NCBI GenBank assembly: GCA_052389415.1
Contig: JBQTHX010000028.1
Coordinates: forward strand, 1 to 44,141
Reading direction: 5' to 3'
Source: Nitrosopumilaceae archaeon
GTDB lineage: Archaea > Thermoproteota > Nitrososphaeria > Nitrososphaerales > Nitrosopumilaceae
DNA: 44,141 nucleotides
The position numbers were made by a program, and so were the translations under genes. The notes under the pieces are model-generated. The model did not search any database and was not told the DNA's origin. It saw only the letters and a list, made by a program, of their open reading frames with translations. Shown in pieces: positions 36,000 through 44,141 of the stretch. Position 1 is the stretch's first letter, and the number at the start of each line of letters is the position of its first letter.

Positions 36000-37010
36000 A
36001 TTACCTATTATTCTGACCTCAAAACCGTCATCAACCTTGCCTATACCATATTTACAGTTTAATATCTCAGTGGTTACAAACAGGTTGGTCTCAAGGTGTT
36101 TTGAAATTTGGTTTACTCTAAAAACAGATTCACCATCTGTTACACAAAGAGGAATAACTAACATATCAGATAGGAATTGATCTACACCAAAAACCGACTC
36201 TAGAAATCTGGAAGTCGCTATATCTCCAGCATGGCTCAACTCTTTTCCGTTTATCGCATCGGAGCCTATGATACAGTTTTCATCAAAGGTGTATATTAAA
36301 AATGAACATCCTTTATCATACGCAGGTTCCTTCACGATTTGATAATCACAATCAAAACCAGCATTAAGAAGAGTTTTCTTTACCTTGTTTACTTGCTGTT
36401 CAATTAGATTTGAGGATAGATCTGAATAGGTACATAGAATCTTGGCTGATTTGCTTGTTCTATTAAGAAGAGAGATGGGACTAATTTTCTGGCGGGGAAA
36501 TATTTCAAAATCAACAATACCTCCTCCACGTGGATAATATCCACGTCTTTTTACATCCATCTGAAAATTAATTCCTAGTCTGGAGTAAGCTTCTCTTAAT
36601 ACTAGTCTTGTGTAATCACTAGTAGGACTCCACAGAACATCTGTACCTCCAGTAATTGACATTTTCAGTCTTTTTTTTGAAATTGATACTGATGGAATCA
36701 GAATCTGTAAAATCAAGGGAATGCTTCCAGCAGTTCCTATGTCTTCTCTTAATTCCATGTCATTTATTTCTGAGGGAAAAAATCTGACTGCAGTTGATCC
36801 AACTGAAAGGCCTTCAACTTTAGCATTGCAGATCTTTGCAAGAATTTTAATTCCAGTAAGGTGTTGTGGCCTAAGACCAGGAACCTTTCGATTCTGTCTG
36901 ATATTTGTAATTTCAACTGGTTTCTGAGTCAAACAAGAAAGAGTTATTGCACTGCGGACAATTTGTCCTCCGCCTTCTCCATAAGCACCATCTATTTTTA
37001 TTAATTCCAT
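35982..37010 (-). CDS. rtcA: RNA 3'-terminal phosphate cyclase
   Basis: DGAYGEGGGQIVR, PGLRPQH, TAGSIPL, GGTDV, RGYYPRGGG, HLETN. Confidence 0.95.
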   Translation of the reverse strand: MELIKIDGAYGEGGGQIVRSAITLSCLTQKPVEITNIRQNRKVPGLRPQHLTGIKILAKICNAKVEGLSVGSTAVRFFPSEINDMELREDIGTAGSIPLILQILIPSVSISKKRLKMSITGGTDVLWSPTSDYTRLVLREAYSRLGINFQMDVKRRGYYPRGGGIVDFEIFPRQKISPISLLNRTSKSAKILCTYSDLSSNLIEQQVNKVKKTLLNAGFDCDYQIVKEPAYDKGCSFLIYTFDENCIIGSDAINGKELSHAGDIATSRFLESVFGVDQFLSDMLVIPLCVTDGESVFRVNQISKHLETNLFVTTEILNCKYGIGKVDDGFEVRIIGNSNSSI

Positions 37011-37075
37011 ACTCTTCAGGATTCTAGTACTATAACAAATGATAATCTTTTAAAGAATTAAACAAAATTTGAAGC

Positions 37076-37573
37076 ATGAATGGTCTTTATGTAGGACGTT
37101 TCCAACCTTTTCATCTTGGTCATCTAGATGCCATTAATTTTGCATTGTCTAAAGTAGAAAATCTTTGGATAGGAATTGGAAGTTCAAACAAAAGTAACGA
37201 AAAAAGAAATCCATTTACTGCTGATGAAAGAAAAGAAATGATCAACTCATCAATAGATGATACAGTCAAGAAACGAGTTCAGATTTACTATATTCCAGAT
37301 GTTGATGATCATGAGAAATGGACGTACAGTATTGACTCTATAGTTCCAAAATATGATATTGTATTTTCAAATGATGATTTTACACAAACGCTCTATCAAA
37401 AACGTGGAATCAAGGTGATGCCTGTACCACTTAAGGACAGGGAAAACCTAGCAGGAACTAAAATTCGAGAGTTGATTACGATAGGGAAAAACTGGAACGA
37501 CTTTGTGCCGCAAGGGACAAAAAAATTATTATTAAAAATAGACGCAAAGCAAAGAATTTCAAAAATTCTTTAA
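37076..37573 (+). CDS. nadM: Nicotinamide-nucleotide adenylyltransferase
   Basis: GRFQPFHLGH, IGS, NPFTADER, GTKIR. Confidence 0.92.
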   Translation: MNGLYVGRFQPFHLGHLDAINFALSKVENLWIGIGSSNKSNEKRNPFTADERKEMINSSIDDTVKKRVQIYYIPDVDDHEKWTYSIDSIVPKYDIVFSNDDFTQTLYQKRGIKVMPVPLKDRENLAGTKIRELITIGKNWNDFVPQGTKKLLLKIDAKQRISKIL

Positions 37574-37615
37574 TTATAAATAACGGTTGCAAAGCGTAAG
37601 GATTGGAGAATTTAT

Positions 37616-38758
37616 TTGGAATATCTAGTAATGTTACCCGGACCCACAAACGTTCCGGAAAGAGTTACACGGGCCATGTTTACGCATATGATAAATCATA
37701 GAAGTAAAGATTTTGTAAAACTGTACACTGATGTTGTAGAAAAGAGCCAGAAAGTCTTTGATACAAAAGGTGATGTTATTGCTCTTAGTGCTTCAGGAAC
37801 GGGTGCAGTTGAAGCATCAGTTGTAAATCTCATAAAAAAAGGAGATAAGGTAATAATTCCTGTAAACGGAGAATTTAGCAGCAGACTTGCCACGATGTTG
37901 GAATGGCAAGGAGCAAATGTCATCAGACTTACAACTCCTTTTGGTGAAAATGCAAGTTTTGAACAAGTAAAGGAAGCCTTTGATAATAACAAAGATGTCA
38001 AGGCGTTTTACGTTGTATGGAATGAAACCTCAACTGGAACGATGGTAAAGTATCTTGATAAGATATCTAGTCTTACTTCAAGAAACGATTCATACTATGT
38101 TGTAGATGGCGTGTCAATAATTGGCGGTGAAGAGCTTCACATGGACAAATGGAGTATTGATGTGTGCGTTACCGGCGCTCAAAAAGCATTAGCTGCTCCA
38201 CCTGGAATATCGCCAATTGCAATTAGTCCTAAAGCAAAAAAATTTATGATTGCAAATCCTCCTCCAACCTTTTACTTTAACTTGGCAAGATACTTCAAGT
38301 ATTATGACGATACCAAAGAGACTCCGTTTACTCCAGCCCTGCCACTACTTTATGCATACAGAGAGGCGCTTGATATTGTACTTGAAGAAGGAATGGAAGC
38401 AAGAGTAAAAAGACACAGAACCTGTGCAGATGCACTTTATTCAAGCCTCAGCGCAATGGGTCTGACTCCGTTTGCAAAAGAAGATGCACGATCCACTGTA
38501 GTAATTGCATTAAACTATCTAGATGGATTAGAAGACAAAACATTCCGAGCAACACTTTCAGAAAAATTCCGTGTTCTAGTAGCAGGAGGATTTGGTGATC
38601 TGAAAGGAAAAGTGTTTAGAGTAGGATGCATGGGCGAAGTTCAAAAATATCATGTAATGCGAACCGTTTCTGCAATCTCTTCTACACTGGACATGATGGG
38701 ATACAAGACTAATCCAGATGCACTCAAAGTTGCTGAAGAAAAACTAAAATCACTTTAA
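37616..38758 (+). CDS. Class V aminotransferase (serine-pyruvate/alanine-glyoxylate type)
   Basis: MLPGPT, HRS, SGTGAVE, NETSTG, VDGVS, GAQKALAAPPG, PFTP, FRVGCMG. Confidence 0.9.
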   Translation: MEYLVMLPGPTNVPERVTRAMFTHMINHRSKDFVKLYTDVVEKSQKVFDTKGDVIALSASGTGAVEASVVNLIKKGDKVIIPVNGEFSSRLATMLEWQGANVIRLTTPFGENASFEQVKEAFDNNKDVKAFYVVWNETSTGTMVKYLDKISSLTSRNDSYYVVDGVSIIGGEELHMDKWSIDVCVTGAQKALAAPPGISPIAISPKAKKFMIANPPPTFYFNLARYFKYYDDTKETPFTPALPLLYAYREALDIVLEEGMEARVKRHRTCADALYSSLSAMGLTPFAKEDARSTVVIALNYLDGLEDKTFRATLSEKFRVLVAGGFGDLKGKVFRVGCMGEVQKYHVMRTVSAISSTLDMMGYKTNPDALKVAEEKLKSL

Positions 38759-38801
38759 ACGCATGTTAACTTAATATAAGGAACTTTGAGAATCGATCAC
38801 G

Positions 38802-39551
38802 ATGACTTTCCAAAAGGGTACCTTACTTTTAATAGATTACACCGCTAAGGTAAAAGACACAAACGAAGTTTTTGAAACTACAAAAGAAGATGATGCCAAA
38901 TCAAACTCAATCCATGATGCTAATATGAAATATCAGCCAAGACTGGTATCAGTAGGGGAATCGTGGGTCCTCAAAGGACTAGATGACGCATTGCTTGACT
39001 CTACTGCCGGCCAAAAACTCACTGTGGAGGTTACTCCAGAAAAGGGATTTGGTACTAGAGACCCAGGCAAAGTTCGCATGATTCCTTTGCGAAAACTTGG
39101 CGAGGATGCAGAAAAAATCTCTGTGGGTGATTCTATTGAAGTAGATGAAAGGACAGGAATTGTAAGATTCATTGGTTCAGGCAGAGTTCAAGTAGATTTC
39201 AATCATAGGTTTGCTGGAAAAACTATTCTTTATGATGTAAACGTGATAAAATCATTAGACACTGACAATGACAAAATCATGGGCTTGCTAAAAAGACGAT
39301 TACCAGTTGATGATTCAAAACTTCTATTCAAGCTCAATGGCACTGATCTTGATATTACAATGCCTGAAGAAACGTTTCTTGCAGAGGGATTGCAAGTAAT
39401 AAAACGAGCCATAGTCAATGACGTCTTCAAATTTATTCCTAAATTAGAAAAAATCAACTTTATTGAGGGATACAAAAATACAAAGGCTGAAAAACCACAA
39501 GCAAGCGAATCAAAACCCATAGAAACACCTGCAGAACCAAAAGCTGCCTAA
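38802..39551 (+). CDS. Long-type archaeal FKBP PPIase
   Basis: IDYT, VFETT, GL..AL, PEKGFG, VDFNHRFAGK. Confidence 0.9.
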   Translation: MTFQKGTLLLIDYTAKVKDTNEVFETTKEDDAKSNSIHDANMKYQPRLVSVGESWVLKGLDDALLDSTAGQKLTVEVTPEKGFGTRDPGKVRMIPLRKLGEDAEKISVGDSIEVDERTGIVRFIGSGRVQVDFNHRFAGKTILYDVNVIKSLDTDNDKIMGLLKRRLPVDDSKLLFKLNGTDLDITMPEETFLAEGLQVIKRAIVNDVFKFIPKLEKINFIEGYKNTKAEKPQASESKPIETPAEPKAA

Positions 39552-39552
39552 T

Positions 39553-40593
39553 CTACAAAACACCAGTGCTTTTTGCAAGTTGGAGAGCTTTCTCTTTTGT
39601 CATCTTTACCTTATTTAGGATAGTATATCTTTCCGGTCTAAGTGAGGGAGCTATCATAAGAGCTTTTACAAGAAATTCTGGTTTAAGACCGATCTGTTTT
39701 GCAGTAGTAGGTGCGCCAACATTTCTTAACATTGCAACAATTTTTTTCCAGTCCTGACCTTGCAGTTTGGATATCAAAATAGAACCTATACCACATTTTT
39801 CTCCATGGAGACCAACTCCAGGTACTAGGTAATCCAAAGCGTGAGAGAATAGATGTTCTGCTCCAGAGCATGGTCTACTGCTTCCAGCTATGCAAGCAGC
39901 AACTCCAGAACTAATCAAAGCTTCTACTATCATTCTAACGTCGGGTTTTTTTCTAAAATTTTTCGAGTTTTCAATTATTATTTTCGCACTCATTGAAGCA
40001 AGATTTGCTGCATATGTTCCAAAATATTCTCCAACATCATCTCTAGCTAGTTCCCAATCCCTGACAGCAGTAACTTTTGCCATCAAATCTCCGCAACCGC
40101 TGGCAAGAAGTTTCTTTGGTGCCTTCTTTAAAATCTCGATATCAACAAAGACTCCTAAAGGTGCTGTTGCAATAATAGAATGCGGCTTGTCCCCCCTCAA
40201 AGAAACAAAAGGACTAGCAATACCATCGTGTGATGCGGAAGTTGGAATGCTTACAAAAGGTTTTTTCAAATTAAACGCAACCATTTTTGCGATATCTACA
40301 GATCTTCCTCCCCCAATCCCAATTATGAGATCGCTTCTGTCTTTCTTTATGTCTGCTTGAATTTTTTTTGTAGCTTTAACATCATTGCTTGTACCAATGT
40401 GCCAAACATTTTTTATCCTCGAATTTGTGAGAGATTTTACAACCTTTTGATGTGTTATTTTTCTTACTTGATCTCCTGAAATAAGTGAAACTTTCTTTGG
40501 ATTGGCCAGATCAGCTATAAATTTTCCAATATTTCCAATGTTTTTCTCTCCAATGACTATCTGTCTTGGCAGTTCCATTACATGAGAAGACAT
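39553..40593 (-). CDS. egsA: sn-glycerol-1-phosphate dehydrogenase
   Basis: GIGGGRSVDIAK, PTSASHDGIASP, SSRPCSGAEHLFSH, LHGE, RYTIL; ATG 40593 preferred. Confidence 0.95.
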   Translation of the reverse strand: MSSHVMELPRQIVIGEKNIGNIGKFIADLANPKKVSLISGDQVRKITHQKVVKSLTNSRIKNVWHIGTSNDVKATKKIQADIKKDRSDLIIGIGGGRSVDIAKMVAFNLKKPFVSIPTSASHDGIASPFVSLRGDKPHSIIATAPLGVFVDIEILKKAPKKLLASGCGDLMAKVTAVRDWELARDDVGEYFGTYAANLASMSAKIIIENSKNFRKKPDVRMIVEALISSGVAACIAGSSRPCSGAEHLFSHALDYLVPGVGLHGEKCGIGSILISKLQGQDWKKIVAMLRNVGAPTTAKQIGLKPEFLVKALMIAPSLRPERYTILNKVKMTKEKALQLAKSTGVL

Positions 40594-40697
40594 GGGTTTT
40601 TGATGAAATCTCATTATTTATCAATCTCCCGTTTGGGACACAAAGTTATTTAAAAGGGTGGACCTTATCCAAAACATCTAGTTACGGAGAATGTTAT

Positions 40698-41330
40698 TTG
40701 TCAGACTATGTTGAACAACACACACTACATGGAACAACTACGGTAGGAATCAGTTGTACGGACGGTGTAGTATTATGTGCAGACATGAGAGCAAGTGCAG
40801 GATATTTCATAGCAAATAACAATACAATGAAGATTCAAAAAATAGACAACCATGCAGGGATGACTATAGCAGGCGGTGTGGCTGACGCACAAAACGTCAC
40901 TGACATGCTGCGATATCATTCCAATATTCATAGAATAGAAAAAGGAGAATATCTCCCGGTCAAATCAATAGCAAGACTAGCATCGCTAATTTTCTTCCAG
41001 AACAGATACTATCCGTTTATTGCAGACATACTTGTTGGCGGTTATGACAAACAAGGTGCAGCATTGTATAATGTAGACATGTTTGGTTCACTAGACAAAA
41101 AGACATTTGTTACAACCGGAAGCGGATCTCCTGTAGCGTACGGTCTATTAGAAAGTGAATATCGTGATGGACTAACCGTAGAACAGGGTAAGGTAATCGC
41201 TTTACGGGCAGTAAAAGCCGCAATAACAAGAAACATCGGAACAGGCGATGGAATTAACGTTGCGATAATAGATCAGAAAGGATACAAGCTGTTAACAAAA
41301 GAACAGAAAAAAGCCATAATTACACTTTAG
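40698..41330 (+). CDS. psmB: Proteasome subunit beta
   Basis: Propeptide ...HG/TTTVG, AGGVADAQ, TGSGS; likely TTG start 40698. Confidence 0.94.
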   Translation: MSDYVEQHTLHGTTTVGISCTDGVVLCADMRASAGYFIANNNTMKIQKIDNHAGMTIAGGVADAQNVTDMLRYHSNIHRIEKGEYLPVKSIARLASLIFFQNRYYPFIADILVGGYDKQGAALYNVDMFGSLDKKTFVTTGSGSPVAYGLLESEYRDGLTVEQGKVIALRAVKAAITRNIGTGDGINVAIIDQKGYKLLTKEQKKAIITL

Positions 41331-41337
41331 TGATATT

Positions 41338-43269
41338 TTGCAAAGAAAACAACAACAACGAGAAGTATCTCCTGCCACAAATATAATGGCGACCATACTC
41401 CAAGGTATTCCAAAGGAAGCCGACGTTACCAAGATAGACTATGAAGGTCCAAGAATTGCAATCTATACAAAAAAACCTCGTTACTTGATGGAACACAACG
41501 AGGTAATTTCTAACATGGTAAATCTGATTAAAAAGAGAATTGTTGTAAGAACAGAAGAATCAATAAGAAAATCAGAAGAAGAAGCAAGGCAGATACTGAC
41601 ACAAGTCTTGCCAAAGGAGGCAGAATTGGGTGGTACATTCTTTGATACTGCAATAGGAGAGATGACACTTGAGGTAAAGCGTCCCTGGCTCTTGTTTAAC
41701 AATCCAGCATTTAACATGGCAGAACTTGTTGAAAAAACAGGATGGAGATTCCGCATAAGAAAGGCCACATCAATCACGTCACAAACAATACAAACCATAA
41801 ATTATAATCTAAAAATCTCTTCAACAGAAAGAAGTAAGCACCTAAAGCAAGTCGGCGAAAAAATTTTCAGACCAAAACTTTCTGAAACATCGGAGGTTTC
41901 CTTGATGACACTTGGCGGCTTTAGTCAAGTGGGACGTTCTTCGATGCTTCTGACAACACGCGAAAGTAAGATTTTGATCGATTGTGGTGTAAATCCCGGT
42001 GCAAGAAATGCACTAGAAGCATATCCAAGACTTGATTGGACAAATATCACACTAGATGAGCTTGACGGTGTAGTGATAAGCCATGCACATCTTGATCATA
42101 CTGGATTTTTGCCAACACTATTCAAGTACGGCTACAAAGGACCTGTTTATTGTACAGAGCCTACTTTGCCAATGATGAATCTGATTCAACTTGACGCCAT
42201 CAAGGTGGCTGCAGCTCAGGGTAAAGTTCCGCTTTATTCTGAACGCGATGTCAAGCAGGTCATGAAACAAACAATAACTCTTCCCTATGGAACAGTTACC
42301 GATATCTCTCCAGATATCAAACTAGTATTTTCCAATGCTGGTCACATTTTAGGCTCTGCCACTTGTCACTTTCACATTGGAAATGGTGATCACAACTTTG
42401 TCTATAGCGGAGATCTAAAGTTTGGCAAAACAATGCTCCTTGAAAGCGCAACTTGGAACTATCCTAGAGTGGAAACCCTTCTAATTGAGAGTACATATGG
42501 CGCAAAAGAGGACATCATGCCTACACGGGAAGAGGTGGAGGCGTCGTTTATGAAGTCTGTAAATGAGACTCTTCGAAACGGTGGTAAAGTACTAATTCCT
42601 ATTCCTGCAGTTGGTCGTGCACAAGAACTATTGATGGTAATAGATCTGTACATGAAAGCAGGCCAGATAGTAGAATGCCCAGTCTTCATGGAAGGAATGA
42701 TAGCTGAAGCAACATCAATTCATGAATCGTATCCAGAATATCTTGCCCGTGAATTACGACAAAAGATTTTGGAGACAGATGACAATCCATTTGATTCTGA
42801 ATACTTTACAAACGTAGAACATGCCGATGGAAGAGAAGAAGTACTCAGAGAAGGACCATGTATAATAATTGCAACATCTGGTATGCTAGAAGGCGGACCA
42901 GTTCTAGAATATTTCAAAAACATTGCGCCAATACAAAAAAACAAAATATTATTTGTTTCATATCAGGTAAATGGCACACTAGGAAGAAGAGTGCTTGATG
43001 GATCGCGCCAAGTTTCTATACTTGGCAAAGATGGAAAAATAGAAATTATAAATATTAATTGTGCAACAGAAAAACTTGATGGATTCAGTGGTCACAGTGA
43101 TTACAATCAACTAATGTCATTTGTTCACAAGCTACGACCAAAGCTTCGCAGAGTTCTTGTAAATCATGGAGAGAGAAGGAAATGTGAAAATCTATCCATG
43201 AACATTCATAGAATGTTTAGAATAATGACAACTTGTCCACAAATTCAAGAAGCAATCAAATTATTTTAG
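41338..43269 (+). CDS. fttA: Beta-CASP ribonuclease aCPSF1 (termination factor FttA)
   Basis: N-terminal KH region, SHAHLDH, AGHILG, ESTYG, FSGHSD, HGE; follows psmB. Confidence 0.95.
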   Translation: MQRKQQQREVSPATNIMATILQGIPKEADVTKIDYEGPRIAIYTKKPRYLMEHNEVISNMVNLIKKRIVVRTEESIRKSEEEARQILTQVLPKEAELGGTFFDTAIGEMTLEVKRPWLLFNNPAFNMAELVEKTGWRFRIRKATSITSQTIQTINYNLKISSTERSKHLKQVGEKIFRPKLSETSEVSLMTLGGFSQVGRSSMLLTTRESKILIDCGVNPGARNALEAYPRLDWTNITLDELDGVVISHAHLDHTGFLPTLFKYGYKGPVYCTEPTLPMMNLIQLDAIKVAAAQGKVPLYSERDVKQVMKQTITLPYGTVTDISPDIKLVFSNAGHILGSATCHFHIGNGDHNFVYSGDLKFGKTMLLESATWNYPRVETLLIESTYGAKEDIMPTREEVEASFMKSVNETLRNGGKVLIPIPAVGRAQELLMVIDLYMKAGQIVECPVFMEGMIAEATSIHESYPEYLARELRQKILETDDNPFDSEYFTNVEHADGREEVLREGPCIIIATSGMLEGGPVLEYFKNIAPIQKNKILFVSYQVNGTLGRRVLDGSRQVSILGKDGKIEIININCATEKLDGFSGHSDYNQLMSFVHKLRPKLRRVLVNHGERRKCENLSMNIHRMFRIMTTCPQIQEAIKLF

Positions 43270-43542
43270 ATCGTATTCTGCTCTCCAGATCTTTACACCT
43301 GGAGGAGTAACAATAATTCTTTCTTCACCCAGTCTTGCAATATCGGCACCAGTTGTTTTTGCAATTGCATAAATTTCTTCCACAGCTTTTCTTAGCTCAT
43401 CAACATTTTTTTGTGCAAGCGGAGTAACCCTTAGCACCAGTATCATGCTTTTTTTGATGTCCTCTTTTATGGTCTGAACATCGCTGACATCTCTTAGAGT
43501 TATGGCCTTCAGATAGGTCGGTGCCTTTTGGGTTTGCATCAT
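43261..43542 (-). CDS. sepF: SepF-like protein
   Basis: ILVLRVTPL...GADIARLGEERIIVTPPGVKI. Confidence 0.8.
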   Translation of the reverse strand: MMQTQKAPTYLKAITLRDVSDVQTIKEDIKKSMILVLRVTPLAQKNVDELRKAVEEIYAIAKTTGADIARLGEERIIVTPPGVKIWRAEYDLK

Positions 43543-43610
43543 AGATATTGCAAAGTACTCCCTCAAAAAGTCTTACTAGTCAAGACGATTTCACAGAGAA
43601 GGTTGAACGT

Positions 43611-44141
43611 CTAAATTCTGTATTGGAGGTACGCCGTTTCCAAAGCTGGGACATTCGAGACTTCAGATTTTACGTCTCCTTGTTGTATTATTACAACACT
43701 AGGAGTATTCTTTGGGGCATCGCCGTATCTTAATGTGACTGCAGCTCCAATCTCTACATGCTCCAGTGGACTCTTTCCGCGAACCAATGAGATTGGACCA
43801 ACATTATCCTTTGCCTCAAGCAAAACATCTGAATCTAATGCTAACGCTTTGATAATTTCATTTTCATCCTTGTTTCTACCAACAATGAGTTTCGTATTTT
43901 CATCCAATCTGAAATGTCTTCCAATTTTTAAAAGATCAATATCGTTTGTTGTTGGAGTTTCAATATGTTTGAAAAGATCTTTTACTCTAATAGCAAATGC
44001 TGGATCAGTTAGCAAACAACCACCTCCCGCGTTTGGAGGATTTTCAATTCCAAATTCCTGTGCCATCTTTAATTGATCTTTTCTAGATCTACCACGAATT
44101 TTCCCAAGATCTTCTCTTCTAATCAAACCTTTTAGTTCTGG
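43611..44141 (-). CDS. ThiI/MnmA-like PP-loop tRNA thiolation family protein, C-terminal part with NFACT-R-like domain; runs off the window edge
   Basis: GRSRKDQ, AGGGCLLTDP, LLKIGRHFR, LIVGRNKDEN. Confidence 0.7.
   Translation of the reverse strand, partial: PELKGLIRREDLGKIRGRSRKDQLKMAQEFGIENPPNAGGGCLLTDPAFAIRVKDLFKHIETPTTNDIDLLKIGRHFRLDENTKLIVGRNKDENEIIKALALDSDVLLEAKDNVGPISLVRGKSPLEHVEIGAAVTLRYGDAPKNTPSVVIIQQGDVKSEVSNVPALETAYLQYRI

Noticed and set aside
40600-40650. TGATGA as box C of a C/D sRNA
   Set aside because: No CTGA box D at suitable distance; lies in the egsA/psmB divergent promoter
8783-40697. Long N-terminal extensions of ORFs at 8783, 29025, 35397, 35485 and 40566
   Set aside because: They overlap neighbouring genes or promoters; downstream starts fit family N-termini or SD/TATA positions better
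18111-43269. rpoL-tfs-pcn and psmB-fttA clusters as novel systems
   Set aside because: Familiar conserved archaeal gene neighbourhoods
472-44076. Many antisense or nested ORFs in the track (e.g. 472-816, 5404-5856, 11313-11627, 18673-19104, 39890-40360, 43735-44076)
   Set aside because: They lie opposite or within well-supported genes and carry no motifs; shadow ORFs
1-44141. CRISPR array, IS element, integrase, provirus or rRNA
   Set aside because: No regularly spaced repeats, no transposase, integrase or viral motifs, and no long GC-rich RNA gene seen

Overview
AT-rich archaeal chromosomal segment. Gene content (PEF-CTERM surface protein, Nitrosopumilus-type parvulin and ferredoxin, PolD small subunit, SepF, scattered cobalamin genes) points to Nitrososphaerota (Thaumarchaeota), probably Nitrosopumilales; this is an inference. 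Most genes are housekeeping: polD1 (partial), hsp20-cdc48-amrS, rpoL-tfs-pcn-lysC, tyrS, rtcA, nadM, egsA, psmB-fttA, sepF, cbiE, cbiH, bluB, four PPIases of three families, tRNA-Arg(CCT) with a D-loop intron, and tRNA-Val(GAC). Manual reading found five elements absent from the ORF track: a parvulin that must start at a non-canonical codon (ATA or ATT), a 38-aa Cys/His-rich metallothionein-like peptide, a 55-aa zinc-ribbon protein, a 51-aa protein and an FMN-reductase pseudogene beside tRNA-Arg. The best candidate for an undescribed system is the module at about 4.4-7.4 kb (wHTH regulator, short-loop histidine kinase, stand-alone receiver, zinc-ribbon microprotein), whose two outer promoters share a TTTCCA-N4-TGGAAA palindrome. 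Other candidates are a soluble MtrA-like protein in a non-methanogen and an Arcadin-1-like protein. No CRISPR array, IS element or rRNA was seen. Family calls come from motif recognition, not database searches.
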